Positions 1 to 10,876 of a DNA stretch of 64,000 bases are shown piece by piece. Each line of letters begins with the position of its first letter. Position 1 is the stretch's first letter. Below the pieces are notes generated by a model. The model was not told the origin of the DNA and did no database searches. It worked only from the letters and a program-made list of their open reading frames with translations. The translations under genes were made by a program, and so were the position numbers. Origin of the DNA: Macrostomum lignano (Eukaryota); contig NIVC01003805.1 in NCBI GenBank assembly GCA_002269645.1, forward strand, positions 12,133 through 76,132, in the 5' to 3' direction.

Positions 1-258
1 CCGTCCCTCCCGGTACTCGTCGACACCAGAACGATCTCCACGCGTACATTTCCTCTTTCATATATTCCGACCGTACCTTCGTAGCCAGGTGGGGTCTGTT
101 AAATACCCCGTTTTTTTGGCTGGAAGAGGTAGAAATGTAAAACATTACTGTAAGATCGTTTAAAGATATTTGTTAAACATAAAGTCGAATATATAACTGT
201 GCTCACCTTCTTTGACGTACCGCTCAGCTAAGGCTTTTTGTTGAGCCGTCTTGTCCAT
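1..258 (-). other. Putative small spliced accessory gene (exon 1 258-207, intron 206-120, exon 2 119 toward window start)
   Basis: TATATAAAAG on - at about 355-364; ATG at 258; donor G|GTGAGC at 206; pyrimidine-rich acceptor TTCCAG| at 120. As written gives 37 aa (MDKTAQQKALAERYVKEAKKTGYLTDPTWLRRYGRNI); one extra A in the A7 run would open a frame to the window edge. Confidence 0.35.
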
Positions 259-371
259 AGCTTTGCTGGATAAAAATAATCTTTTTATCTTTATATTCAA
301 AAATTCTTTTGGAACGCGGCTAATTTGGATTTGTTAGACTGCATCCCCTCTCCTTTTATATAGAGTTGCTG

Positions 372-1000
372 TTATCGAACGGAGCGTGCGGTTGTTTGAT
401 TCTGAAGGAATGAGCGATCAGCCCCATCATCTTTATCCCTTGCTACAACTGTCTTCTTCGTCTTAACCCCACTAACTTTTATATATACAACAGCTGACAC
501 AGTTCCCCTAGTGGCATTTTCAGCCTTGGCACCAACTGTTTCAGTCTTGACTGCATTTATCATCCCCCTTTCCATTAGTAGACCATTCCTATTTAAAGGA
601 TTTCTAAGAAGACCAACTGTCATTCGCCATTAAAATGAAAAAATTATCGTCTTGCTAATTGCATGCAAAATTTGAAAAAATCTGGGCGCGGGTTGTCCCT
701 TTGACATTTTGGTAAAAGCATGCGGAATGTTGTTTTTTCATCCGGGCTACAGCTGCATGCCATTTGCTGAGGCTTATATAAGGGACTAGTCCCACAGCCG
801 CCTAGCAACAACGAAGTGTCTCGAAGGAGGCCCTCGAATGCAAGGATGCCGCAATTATCTTCGGCAGGGCAGAAAAGTGGAACAAACACGAAAACGGACT
901 GCGAACTCTGGCCTGGAGACCCAGTTCTACATGCCGGGAGCTGCTGCCGCTCGTTTTTCAGACCACAAAGCCGGTAGAGGTCTTTCGCGGCATCACCCGA
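372..1000 (-). repeat. Partial copy of the Polinton-associated accessory cassette (inverted relative to 29484-30130; also matches about 8340-8575)
   Basis: Near-identical sequence and translated ORFs (MTVGLL..MERGMINAVKTETVGAKAENATRGTV; QFYMPGAAAARFSDHKAGRGLSRHHP) at 372-1000, 8319-8575 and 29484-30168. Confidence 0.85.
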
Positions 1001-1345
1001 ATATAAGTTTCCTAGTTGGCCGCAAACTAAGAACCTTACATATGATTAATAGTAATTCAAACGAGGTAGAATATGCTTGGATGTTATTTACCGATCAACC
1101 ATATAATTATATTTACTACTGCATTTTCAACGTTTGTATTAATAAGTAAATAAGCAAATAAGCGAGCTACAAGCTACAAGCAGGGAGAATAAGTCTGAGA
1201 CACTACGGTATAACTAAGCTACTCAAATACTCCTATTAATCTATATTATATATATATATAAATTACGCCTATCTACCTGGTCTGAGACCGATACGCTACT
1301 ATTCATAAATCTATAGTCATGGCAGTGCTCAGTCTTACCCTCCGG
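1001..1345 (-). repeat. Diverged repeat of 38919-39310; likely an intron with conserved ends
   Basis: Shared ends ATATAAGTTTCCTAG..GCAAACTAAGAAC..TTACATATGATTAA and AGTGCTCAGTCTTACC; on - these read as donor GTAAGA (1338; 39306) and acceptor CTAG| (1012; 38930). Confidence 0.55.
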
Positions 1346-1998
1346 TCACAGGGGTCTGCAGAAGCGGTCGTCGTGATTTAGAAACTATTAAGCAATCCAA
1401 AAGTTAATACAAGGCGTGTAAAAGAGAGTGAAAAGAGAGTGAGAAAAGGGGTAAAGTTTTTAGCATTTAACCCCTCGCTTATTTATAGTAAATTTCCCCG
1501 ATGAAGTCCCTGTGAAACTGTCTGCGTTATCATTTCCCACGTCTTCCAGCCACCGCGCAATTCCGGCCGATTCTCACGGTTCCCCTTTCTCGTGCGATTA
1601 CTGAAATGCCTCTGTTAAAAATGTAATTGAACCCCGCCCCACATAAAGCATACAACCCCTCTAAAGTGGAAGCAGACTTTTAGGGCGGCCTGCACTCGCC
1701 CTTTGCAATGCCGTCATCAAGCACTTGTGGCTTTTTGTAAGAGTGCAGCTGTCCACAACTGCTACACTCCACCACGCTCTGATAACAATGCAATTCCATA
1801 ATTATTGCCTAATTTAGTCCCTAATACTACTTCCTAAAATAGTCCCTAAATAGTCCCTAAGGCCTACATGCATATGAAATTGAATCCTTATAATCACCAT
1901 ACAGAACATTAGGTGCTGCATGACGGTGACGCGCTCTGCATCAACTGATAACTTGCCACAGAGCAGCGGTGCGGGAGGAATCACCGATACAAAAACCG

Positions 1999-3237
1999 AT
2001 GGCAGCGAAAAAGAGACCTCCGATGCGAAAGGCGAAACACCAGAGCCGGCAGCTGTCCGAAAACGCAAAAGAACGGACTAGAAAGAACAACTCGCTAGAC
2101 GTCAAGAACTTCTTAGACAGACAATTTTACGATTTGGACCGCCCTACTGCTTTTGCGGGAAGTAAGCAACAGCTATTAAGATATGTTAAAATCCAGTTTC
2201 CGTCACTAGCATCTAAACGAGCGGCAGAAATCGTTGATGAATGGGCCCGGGATACCAAAGAATATAACCTATTTCGCAAAACTAAACGAATATTCAAAAC
2301 CCACAGAATTGGTGTACCACATATCCCTGGTTTTCAATTCCAAATCGATCTGGCTGATCTCCCTCAATAAAAGTCAGAAAACAAGGGATACCGCTACATC
2401 CTCGTTTTGATCGATTGTTTCACTCGCGAAATACGTCTGCGACCTCTACGAACAAAAACTGCTAAAGAGGTGGGCGCCGCACTTGAAAATCTGTTTCGTG
2501 AAGGCTTCCGACCTCTCTATCTTCAGGGTGACGCGGGAAAGGAGTTCCTAGGGCGTGAAACTCAAGCTGTACTAAAACGTGCGGGTGTACGCTCTTTTGT
2601 TAGCCAAAGCAATTACAAGGCTGCGATCGCTGAAAGGTCAATCCGTACTCTGAAAGAGCGGCTCAGCCGTTATTTTCGGGCTCGAAACCTAGAACGCTGG
2701 TATGACATTCTACCCCAAATGGAACGAAATTTGAACTCAAGCCCTCACCGGGCGCTGTTTGGTCAGAGTCCTCACAACACGGCGGTGGATCCGCGTCTAC
2801 AAGGAATCATCGGGTCTGAGATTATAGAGCATGAAGCCTCGCAGCAGCCTCTATCAACACTAAAGGTAGGAGACTGGGTAAGAATCGCTCGACAGCGGGG
2901 TGCCTTCGAGAAGGGCTATTCGACAGTGTGGAGCAACATCGTGTTTCGGATCCGTGCTACGAATCCTCGCCGAGCAGCGTCGTATAAACTAGAGAATCCG
3001 GAAGACGGAAATAGCACACTAGAGGGTTACTTCAATGAGGGAGAACTACAGCGTGTAGCAAAAGAAAATACGGAGCCGTCAGTCATCGAGCGTGTAGACG
3101 CTTACGAACAAGACTCAGACGGTCAGCGGCGGTATTTAGTGAAATGGCAAGGAGTTGAGGCCTTTAGGAATCAGTGGTTGAAAGAAGGCGAGTTGGATGA
3201 GCGAACTCGACGGCTTTTTCCTCGCGTTTATAAGTAA
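1999..3237 (+). pseudogene. Polinton retroviral-like DDE integrase with C-terminal chromodomain; premature TAA at 2368-2370
   Basis: FYDLDRPTAFAG; FQIDLADLP*KSENKGYRYILVLIDCFTR; LQGDAGKEF; AAIAERSIRTLK; KVGDWVRI; RYLVKWQG..NQW chromo motif. Confidence 0.9.
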
Positions 3238-3271
3238 ACTGTGAAATTGGAACATAATAACAATTAAAAAT

Positions 3272-3737
3272 TTGATGGATCCAATATACCGATTCTATTC
3301 TGGACCCACTCAAAGCCGGGGAGGATCCTCCGCCCGAGCGATTCCGATCTACGAAGGCTATGGATTCTTTTCCAACCTCTCTAATCGAGTATTGATCCCA
3401 GTTATGCGGAGTGCGGAAAAGGATCTTTTGGCACGGGGCTTGGAATACCTATCAGGCACTAGCAAACGAGACAACAAACGTTAATCGCAAACGAAAGCAC
3501 ACGGGAGGCGGTTACAAGATGGCGAGCGCAGCAGTTCCCACAAAACGCAGCCGAAAAAAACGTCCCCGGAAGACTATAAACAAACGGGGTAAGAAAGCTC
3601 GCACTCGTGGAAAACCGGCAAAAACCCAGCGAGGAAAGGGTCTAACCAAGAAGAAGCGACGAAGGGTGAAGAAAAAGCGGAATCGCAAGGGCGTTGCTGC
3701 TAAATCGCTGTTTAGTTTCCTGGAAAACCGAAAATGA
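3272..3737 (+). pseudogene. Polinton small basic virion/core protein (amphipathic GxG helix plus Lys/Arg-rich tail), frameshifted
   Basis: YEGYGFFSNLSNRVLIPVMRSAEKDLLARGLEYL followed in another frame by a highly basic tail; lies between INT and MCP as in Polintons. Confidence 0.55.
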
Positions 3738-5875
3738 ACCAGTTGCTTGGCCCTGACAGTGTAGTACTAAAAAGCGAATTGGCCCTTTTTGATGCAGCTG
3801 CTGTACAGTACAGTGTAGTGGACAGCCAGTATACCCACATTCAGCCGCAACACGGACTCTCAAAAGGTGCCCCAATCGAGTTCGAATGATGTGTTCCTTA
3901 TTACCAGTCTTTTGATAATCAAGGAACCACCACTTCTAGCTATTTAGCTAGGCAGCCCAGTTATCAACAAGGTATTACTTACCTCGACTTTCCTCAGAGA
4001 TATCTCTTCTTAATTCGCGCGGTAGATTCTCGTTGATCTCGTCTGTAGATCCTTCGGCGATCGCGTAGACCAGGTTCTGTGTGTCTCCGGTTTCGGGCCC
4101 TTTGCTTCTTCTTTACTTCCGATGAAGTAACTTCCGGTCGGTAATGTAGTCAGGGCCAATCAGATTCTTCTTGTCGACAATGGGATCCCTGCGCCAAATA
4201 TAGCGGTTTCTCTTAAGCCTTCTTCTTCTAGTGGTGCTTCTCTGCACTCTACTAGGTATGCTCCGGATATCGCTAGTAGGTCCTCTACGATCTACTAGGG
4301 TAGTCCTTCGGGAGACTACGACCACAGGAGTCTCAACAGACTCAAAAGTCTCAATAGACTTAATTAAACTCAAGTCTCAAAAGACAAGAGCGAGCCGGCT
4401 CTAACAACAATAGGCGTAATTAAGAAAGGCTTACCGCAACTATCATACCAAGTCTTAGTTGACTGGTTAACTAGTATGTCGCCCTATCGACACACTCTTC
4501 GGAGCGCTCCTCTTCCGTGGGGAGAATGACTCCGGTGCCGCTCTGGGCCACTTATATTTATAGGCATTTTGTCCATGAGTCACGTGTTGCGCTGTAAGGT
4601 GAAATAAGATTGATTGTGGTTAAATATAGTAACATGACTCATGCTGTTACTATAAATAGTAACATGAATCATTCTGATGCTAAAAATAGTAACATGAATC
4701 ACTATGTCGCCACATGTTGCAACATGATTCATCCGCTATAAATAGCCACATGATTCATACGCTATAAATAGCAACTTACATCATTTTCTATCTTAAGTGC
4801 GCATGCATGCACTTGCTTACTTACTGTAGTATCTATGATTTTTACTTTTTACTTTTATCGGGAGGTAGAACACTCTACACGAAGTCGTCTCCGCAGGGGA
4901 TGCACTCTACCTGGATCTACAAGAGACGATTCTAAATCTGGCCATACGTGTACGAGACTCGGACGGAGTAACCGCTGATGCGACGAAGAACAACGTAGCG
5001 CTGACTAATTTGCATATCGCGAGCCTGTTCCGCGATGTACAACTAACTATTGGAGACACTGTAGTCGAAGGCGGAACCTTCATGTACCCCTACAAAGCCA
5101 TGCTACTGACGCTTTTAGAATATGGATCGGATGCTCAAACCTGTGGTCTAACGCCTTGGGGTTTCTACAAAGACACAGCTGGACAAATGCATTCAGCCGG
5201 CGACGCGAACGTTGGCGCTAAACGCCGACGCGCATTGATAGCAGGGGGTCGAGAGTGCCGCTTATCGGGGCCCTTGTTCTTGGATATGTGCCGCCAGCCG
5301 CGGTTTCTGTTGTCTAAAACTCCTGTGCGAATAAAATTGATTCCGTCTTCCGCTGCCTTCGCCCTCATGGTCGGTGCGATAGGTGAAAACCCGCTAAAGA
5401 GCTACGAGATAGAGGTGCTAAAGGCCGAGCTCCGTGTACGCTACGTATCCCCCTCGCCGAGTGTACTCGCTGCGCACGCTGCGGGGTTGAAACAGCACAA
5501 TGCCATCTATCCAATAAATCAGCTACAGATGAGCACGTTTACTGTTACGAGTGGTACGTCTAGCTACACACGTGAAAATCTCTTCCCAAGCGGCGTTCCG
5601 AAACTTCTACTTCTGGCCTTTGTGAGCAACAAAGCGTTCAATGGAAGTGTGGACACAAACCCGTTTAGATTCGAACACGCCAACCTGAGCAGTTTGGGGG
5701 TGTTTGTCAATGGGGAGCTGGCGCACAGGTATATAAAGAGGGCAATGTACGATTAGAACTACGCTTCGCGACTGCCACGGACAAAGTCTACAACGTCATC
5801 GTGGGCGGACTATTCGACAAGCAGCTGCATCTGACGGAGTTCCGCGACGTGGTACCTGGATCTGTATGGAAGTAG
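3734..5875 (+). pseudogene. Polinton major capsid protein (PY/hexon-like), split by solo LTR and with internal deletion/frameshift near 5730
   Basis: MNQLLGPDSVVLKSELALF..PIEFE | VVSAGDALYLDLQETIL joins in frame across the LTR; LHIASLFRDVQL, YPYKAM, NPFRFEH, and C-terminal GNVRLELRF..VIVGGLFD in a shifted frame. Confidence 0.88.
3887..4879 (-). mobile_element. Solo LTR 1 (993 bp), 4-bp TSD CGAA
   Basis: Starts TGATGTGTTCC and ends ACTCTACA on +; CGAA at 3883-3886 and 4880-4883; TATA on - at about 4552-4566. Confidence 0.92.
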
Positions 5876-6459
5876 ATAACACTACTATTCTATCTGGCGT
5901 AACTAATGTGTTTTTGCGCTCGGTCTGCCTAAAACTATTGCGTATTTATCCTGATGCAGTTTTTATGGGAGTTTACCCAAGCAATTCTCTACCAACGATC
6001 CCTACTCTAAACACGAGTCCGTACTTTCAAGACACGCGTAACTATTTTTTCATCGTAAACACGGACCCCAGGAATTTGCCCGGAAAACACTGGGTTGCTG
6101 TCTGGGTCTGTGCAGGCCCTATTGGCGCTGTTAGACGAGCTAGGATAGGTGAATAATTTGATCCGCTACGTTTGCACCCGCTGCCTGAAATCTCCCAGTG
6201 GATGAGCCGAAATTGTGGAGATCCAAAAAACTGGCGTTACACGCGCTATGCAGTGCAGGATCCCCGTACCGCCCACTGTGGAGCCTGGATTCTGTTCTAT
6301 CTGTTTTTTAAACTTGCTAGTGGAAATGATCTAAATTCGTTCATCCACTGGGTGATGCGACAACATGGTCGGGCTCGCAGCAGCCCTTTCTCGCGCGCGT
6401 TTTCCTCTCTGAGCCTTTTTCTCAAGCATGTTCTTCAACCCCTACTGCGCCGCCGGTAA
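5866..6459 (+). pseudogene. Polinton adenain-like cysteine protease; premature TAA at 6154-6156
   Basis: FMGVYP; IVNTDPRNLPGKHWVAV; GE*FDP; VQDPRTAHCGAWILFYL (His-Asp-Gln-Cys set). Confidence 0.88.
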
Positions 6460-6649
6460 AAAGCTAGCGTTTCACTGTTTTAATGCAAGCTTGACCTGAT
6501 AGTTTTTTATCCAGACAAAAAATATAAAAGCTTTCATCTACAAACGAACTGATTCACAAAAGCATTGTGCCAATAGAGCGATGCGTGTGTATGTGCCTTT
6601 TTTTGGCTGTGACACAGACGGTCGTGGCATTGAACGACCACGTATGTAG

Positions 6650-6863
6650 AAGAAAGAGTGAGGCTAGAAAGAACATGACGGGGACGAGATTTGGTAACGC
6701 GCCTGTGCAGGATGGAAATTCATCGTCTATAACCTAGAACTTTGTATTAGTTTTGCTATGCAAAAACAGGCTATGCACGTATCCCCATTGAACTAGTGCT
6801 TGGAACTTCCTATTGATTTCGCCATGTAAAAACGAGCTATGGGCGTAAAAAACGCTTACTACT
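6650..6863 (+). repeat. Polinton terminal (TIR) sequence, second copy at about 34385-34593
   Basis: About 210 bp shared with 34385-34593; both stop sharply at AAAAAACGCTTACTACT. Confidence 0.7.
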
Positions 6864-7254
6864 TATAATTTTTCATTCTCAACTAACTCCATGTATGAAA
6901 TGAAATCTTGTTAATCTTAATCGTTAAACTGTCTTGGTCTTTAGACTCTGTTATTCACTCAAAGGCTCGTAGAGAAAATTACTACATCTAGGTTTAAGCT
7001 CGCCGTATTAGTTCTAGTGTAAGATCTAAACACTGTTCTAAGTTTGCCGTGCCACATAATACGTATTAAGCATTGGATAGAAACTTTAGTATTGCACAAA
7101 TTAAGAACACGGTATTATAATCGCATTGAAGTAACACTGAAAGCGATTAATATTTATTTTCACATACATTCGCACATGCTCAATGCAACGGGCTTGCATT
7201 CTCTGTAACGGCTGTAACGTTATTAGTTATTAGGCGGGCGCGTAAACACAATGC

Positions 7255-8135
7255 TTAAAATTCACAGAGGCCCGAGTCCGAGTCAGAAGTCGCCCGTCGA
7301 ATAGGCGGACCAGGCCTATTCTCTCTAACCAGTATGCGCAATGGACCATAAAGCGAAGGCTCTTCGGCGATGATTACCCAATTCTCGCCGTTACTACGCA
7401 CCCGTCCATGCCCGCGCCCATCAAGAGGGCGATGTCGGGCGTAGACGTGAGATGCGTTAAGAAATGGGTACCAGCGAGGATTGTCGCCGCTCATAGCGCC
7501 TTCGCTCCGGCTAGGTCTATCCCGTGACTGTCGACAAACACGAGCCTCGACGGAGCCAATCTCACGATGGCTGCCGCCCCCCGCGACGCTCTCGCTTGGT
7601 CTAGAAGGCTCGCTCACCAAGTCGGACTGCACAGCGCTTCCGCCGCCCACGGCACCCTCGCCCAGGACGGAAGACTCGAGCATCGCAGCGGTCGGTCGAA
7701 CATCCTCGCCAGAATCACTTTGAAGGCTAGATTCAACATCGCTGTCTCCGCCCGCAGCGCCATATATATTATTCCACAGGGCCCTCGCCCACGTCCACGC
7801 ACTCGACACCCACGTCCACGGTGCCCAGCGTCCATGATCACCCTGCGGTTCAGGACTGATGGCATCTGCGGAGGAAATTCGCAACACTAGATGTTTATTT
7901 CAATGAGGATAAATTAAAGAATAACCAAGCAGGTACCAAACTTACCCTCTTCAGGGATCCGGCATAGTTCATTTAAGTAGTCGGCATCCGGAAACTCGTC
8001 AAACTCCGGAAATTGCGACGAACTATTAAAATATAAAGTATCTATATGGTGTCCATTTCGCGAACGCGAACGGCCCCGTCTAGGGTCGTTAACAGCTTCA
8101 GCAGCGCGTCCGAAATGATTTAGATTCTCGCTCAT
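7255..8135 (-). CDS. Spliced accessory gene, 266 aa (exon 1 8135-7946, intron 7945-7866, exon 2 7865-7255), function unknown
   Basis: Canonical GAGG|GTAAGT donor and TCCTCCGCAG| acceptor join ORF 7914..8135 to ORF 7255..7887 in frame (phase 1; 190+611=801 nt); same sites conserved in the second copy. Confidence 0.7.
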
Positions 8136-8293
8136 AACTCAAACAAAATTTAAGAAGTTAAGCTATATTGATATTGCTATACAATAGAGATTGCGCTTTT
8201 TTAGAGTGTATCCTCTCGGATACAGCTCCCTTGCCGTCTAAGCTTATATCGAAAGTGAAGTTCTTTGTTTAGGATTGGCTATATTTACCGTCT

Positions 8294-8524
8294 TTATTCT
8301 TCACAACAGAGTGGGTCATCACGGCCAGCAACCCAACCGATATCGAACGGAGCGTGCGGTTGACTGATTCTGTAGGAATGAGCGATCACCCCCATCTTCT
8401 TTATCTCTTGTTTCAACTGCCTTCTTCGTTTTAATCCCACTAAATTTTGTATATACAACAGCTGACACAGTTCCCCTAGTGGCATTTTCAGCCTTGGCAC
8501 CAACTGTTTCAGTCTTGACTGCAT
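8294..8524 (-). other. Small ORF of the accessory cassette (true frame uncertain)
   Basis: Region present three times; MQSRLKQLVPRLKMPLGELCQLLY.. frame is open here but has stops in the other two copies. Confidence 0.3.
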
Positions 8525-8575
8525 TTATCATCCCCCTTTCCATTAGTAGACCATTGATATTTACAAGATTTAGAA

Positions 8576-9066
8576 CGGTTATGTATTCAGTTGAGCTTTT
8601 CGCTCTCGCGTAATAACTTTTATAGCTTCCTTCCTCACCAATGAGTGGACTCCGAGTAAGAGATTCAATGCTATGGAAATCACTATCCTTCCCGCGCATT
8701 ATTTTCCACTGATCGAAGCCATAGACATGCATGAAATGTGAAGGTAAACGGATCGCTAATTGACTCGCGCCACCGTTTCGGAGATACCACAGGTACTGCC
8801 GCTCTTCCGGGCGACAAAGCAGATAGACTTCCAGGTCGCCTCCCTGCCAAAATTTTTGTTATTTTATGCTGCCTATCGGAGGCAGCATAACCAATGTTTT
8901 TTATAGCACCTCTGCACAAAAGCTCGACTAAAGCGACCTCGTACGCGTTCGCGGTCCCATAACGTCCGATAAGGTTCAAAGAATTTTTCAATCGCACACG
9001 AAACTCGTTTGGAGTGTTGGATGGATAGCTTTTGTCGTTTGAGGGAAGAAAAACGTAGAAACTCAT
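8576..9066 (-). pseudogene. Polinton minor capsid/penton (PX), frameshifted and 3' truncated
   Basis: MSFYVFLPSND..PSNTPNEFRVRL..YEVALVEL is the typical PX N-terminus; joins the accessory cassette at about 8575. Confidence 0.78.
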
Positions 9067-9115
9067 GATTGTTTCCTTGGTGGCGATGGTTCAGTCTTGA
9101 AACAACATGGCTTGC

Positions 9116-9600
9116 TTATAACCCAGGCGCCTTTAGCTCTCTGTTGCCAGGCCCACCATAGGCTATCATCAGCTCTCCCGCAAACACGCCTGTTCGAAGT
9201 CGCAAGAAATCTGGCGTATCCTGACGCAAGTCGATAAGTAGATATGAGTACGGTTTTCCATCGGTTGCTTCTTCGTAGACTTGGACGAGATAGTTACTTT
9301 TTTTGGATACATCTGTTTCCCAAGATTCAAAACTGCGGTTCGATCTCGTACCGAGCGGGTTAAACAGATGTAGCTTGTAGATAAGCTTCTTGTTCGTGCC
9401 TCCGCGTCTGAACGGCTGAACAGATTCTGGCATAGGTGCGCTCGTATATGCAATTTAATGGGAAATGGTGGGCGTGTTTGGTGAAGACAGCTGTGAAGTC
9501 GGCGGATTTAGCAATCTCACTTTGCAGATCGTCAACAACCAAAAGATCACCCGATCGTAAGCTCCCCAACAATGCGCCCGTAAAACCCCGAATAAAATGT
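9116..9600 (-). pseudogene. Polinton A32/FtsK-like packaging ATPase, C-terminal half (Walker A missing)
   Basis: LLVVDDL (Walker B), VFTKHAHH, CQNLF, RTRSLS, PYSYLLIDL..LRLRT across frameshifts; cut by LTR 2 at 9600. Confidence 0.88.
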
Positions 9601-10681
9601 TGATGTGTTCCTTATTACCCGACTTTTGGTAATCAAAGAACACTCACTTCTAGCTCAGTAGCTAGGCAACCCAGTCAACAGAAGGTATTCAACTACCTCG
9701 AGTCTTTAAATGAGAGCTCTCGTCAATACTCCTTGTTCGTTGATCTCGCTATCAGTAGCGTTCCTGTCCTTCAGGAATTCCGGGCGCCGGTCAACAGTTG
9801 ATTTGGTCCGCTCTGGCAGTTGTCTCCTTGACTTCTTGCCGGCCGGTAATCTGTAGTTCGGACCAATCGGGAGCTTCCAAACTAACAATAGGTACCCTGC
9901 GCCAAACTGCGATTTAATATAAGCCTACTCCTTCTAGTAGTGCCTCTATGCATTCTAAGTATGGCTCCGGAAACCACTGATAGTCCTCTAAGATCTATCA
10001 GGGGCAGTCCTTCTGGAGACTGCAACCAGTAGAGTCTAAACAGACTCAGGAGTCTCAACAGACTCACAATAAACTCAAGTCACTCTTGGACTTGAGCGAG
10101 ACGTCTCTAACAACAACGGCGCAAATGAGTAAGGCTTACCGCAAGAACTCGACCACGTCTTCGAGTTGCTTCAGGAAGTCTGCTGCAGAGCTTCCTCTTC
10201 GGAGCTTTCTCTCTCGGAGATTTTTTGTGTCTCCGGGTCCGTTCCGGACCACTTGTATTTATAGGCAAATGGATCCCCATGAGGTCACGTGGGTCCAACT
10301 CTTCAGCTGTCAGAAAGGTCACGGTTTGGTTGCTGTCAAACTTGGCAGGGTAGAAAGTTACTCCATTGGTTCAGTGTAAAAGCGCGTGATTGGTCATCGC
10401 ATTCGAGTTATTTTTAGTTACATTTGATTGGGTCACGTGCGTATGGTTGAATGATGCATCTTTCCTGGGGTCTGCGTTTGACAAGTACAGGTTACACGTG
10501 ATTGGGTGATTTCTAAATTTAGCATGCTCGAAGGTCTCTCTTTTCCTATTGGTTAGTCAGAATCTACGCATAGATCAAAGCATACCTTTATTCATGCTCT
10601 TCAATTTACTACTAAATAAAATGTGTGAGTAGTATCTTAACACTTTTATGTCTTCTTTTACGGGAGGTAGAACACTCTACA
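9601..10681 (-). mobile_element. Complete LTR 2 (1081 bp) with non-matching flanks (ATGT / CGTG): probable recombinant solo LTR
   Basis: TGATGTG..ACTCTACA ends; left flank is mid-ATPase, right flank is mid-dUTPase. Confidence 0.88.
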
Positions 10682-10876
10682 CGTGCCGTCTGGCAGATCG
10701 ATACTTATTCCGGTATCGAGTACACACCAGCTTTGCGCAGTTATGGTTTTTTCTCCAAGCTGGCTAGATCGTAGCCAACCGATCGCTCGGTCGCCCGTTG
10801 CGGAATCTTTGCTCCGGGCTTCCTCCAAGAAGATTTGCAGCTTCTCGTCCACTGAAGAGCAGCCGGTCGAGTCCAT
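10682..10876 (-). pseudogene. dUTPase, N-terminal part (two compensating frameshifts; truncated by LTR 2)
   Basis: Reconstructed KLQIFL-RKPGAKIPQRATERSVGYDLASLEK-KTITAQSWCVLDTGISIDLPDGT matches dUTPase motif 1 (GYDL) and the TG-I-I-LP segment preceding motif 2. Confidence 0.75.

Larger units (their letters stand above)
1999..6863 (+). mobile_element. Polinton/Maverick element A, right arm (INT - basic protein - MCP - PRO - terminus), decayed
   Basis: Co-oriented cluster of Polinton-type genes ending in ...CGCTTACTACT (reverse complement AGTAGTAAGCG, matching the AGTAGT Polinton terminus). Confidence 0.85.
6864..8575 (-). repeat. Accessory cassette, inverted near-identical duplicate of 29912-32664 (minus the MITE)
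   Basis: Base-by-base reverse-complement match; identical translated ORFs. Confidence 0.92.

Noticed and set aside
9706-10067. Recurrent small ORFs in LTRs (MSLLRLLSLF.., ML.WKLPIGP..)
   Set aside because: Non-ATG starts, lengths and frames vary among copies; explained by conserved LTR sequence and hairpins.
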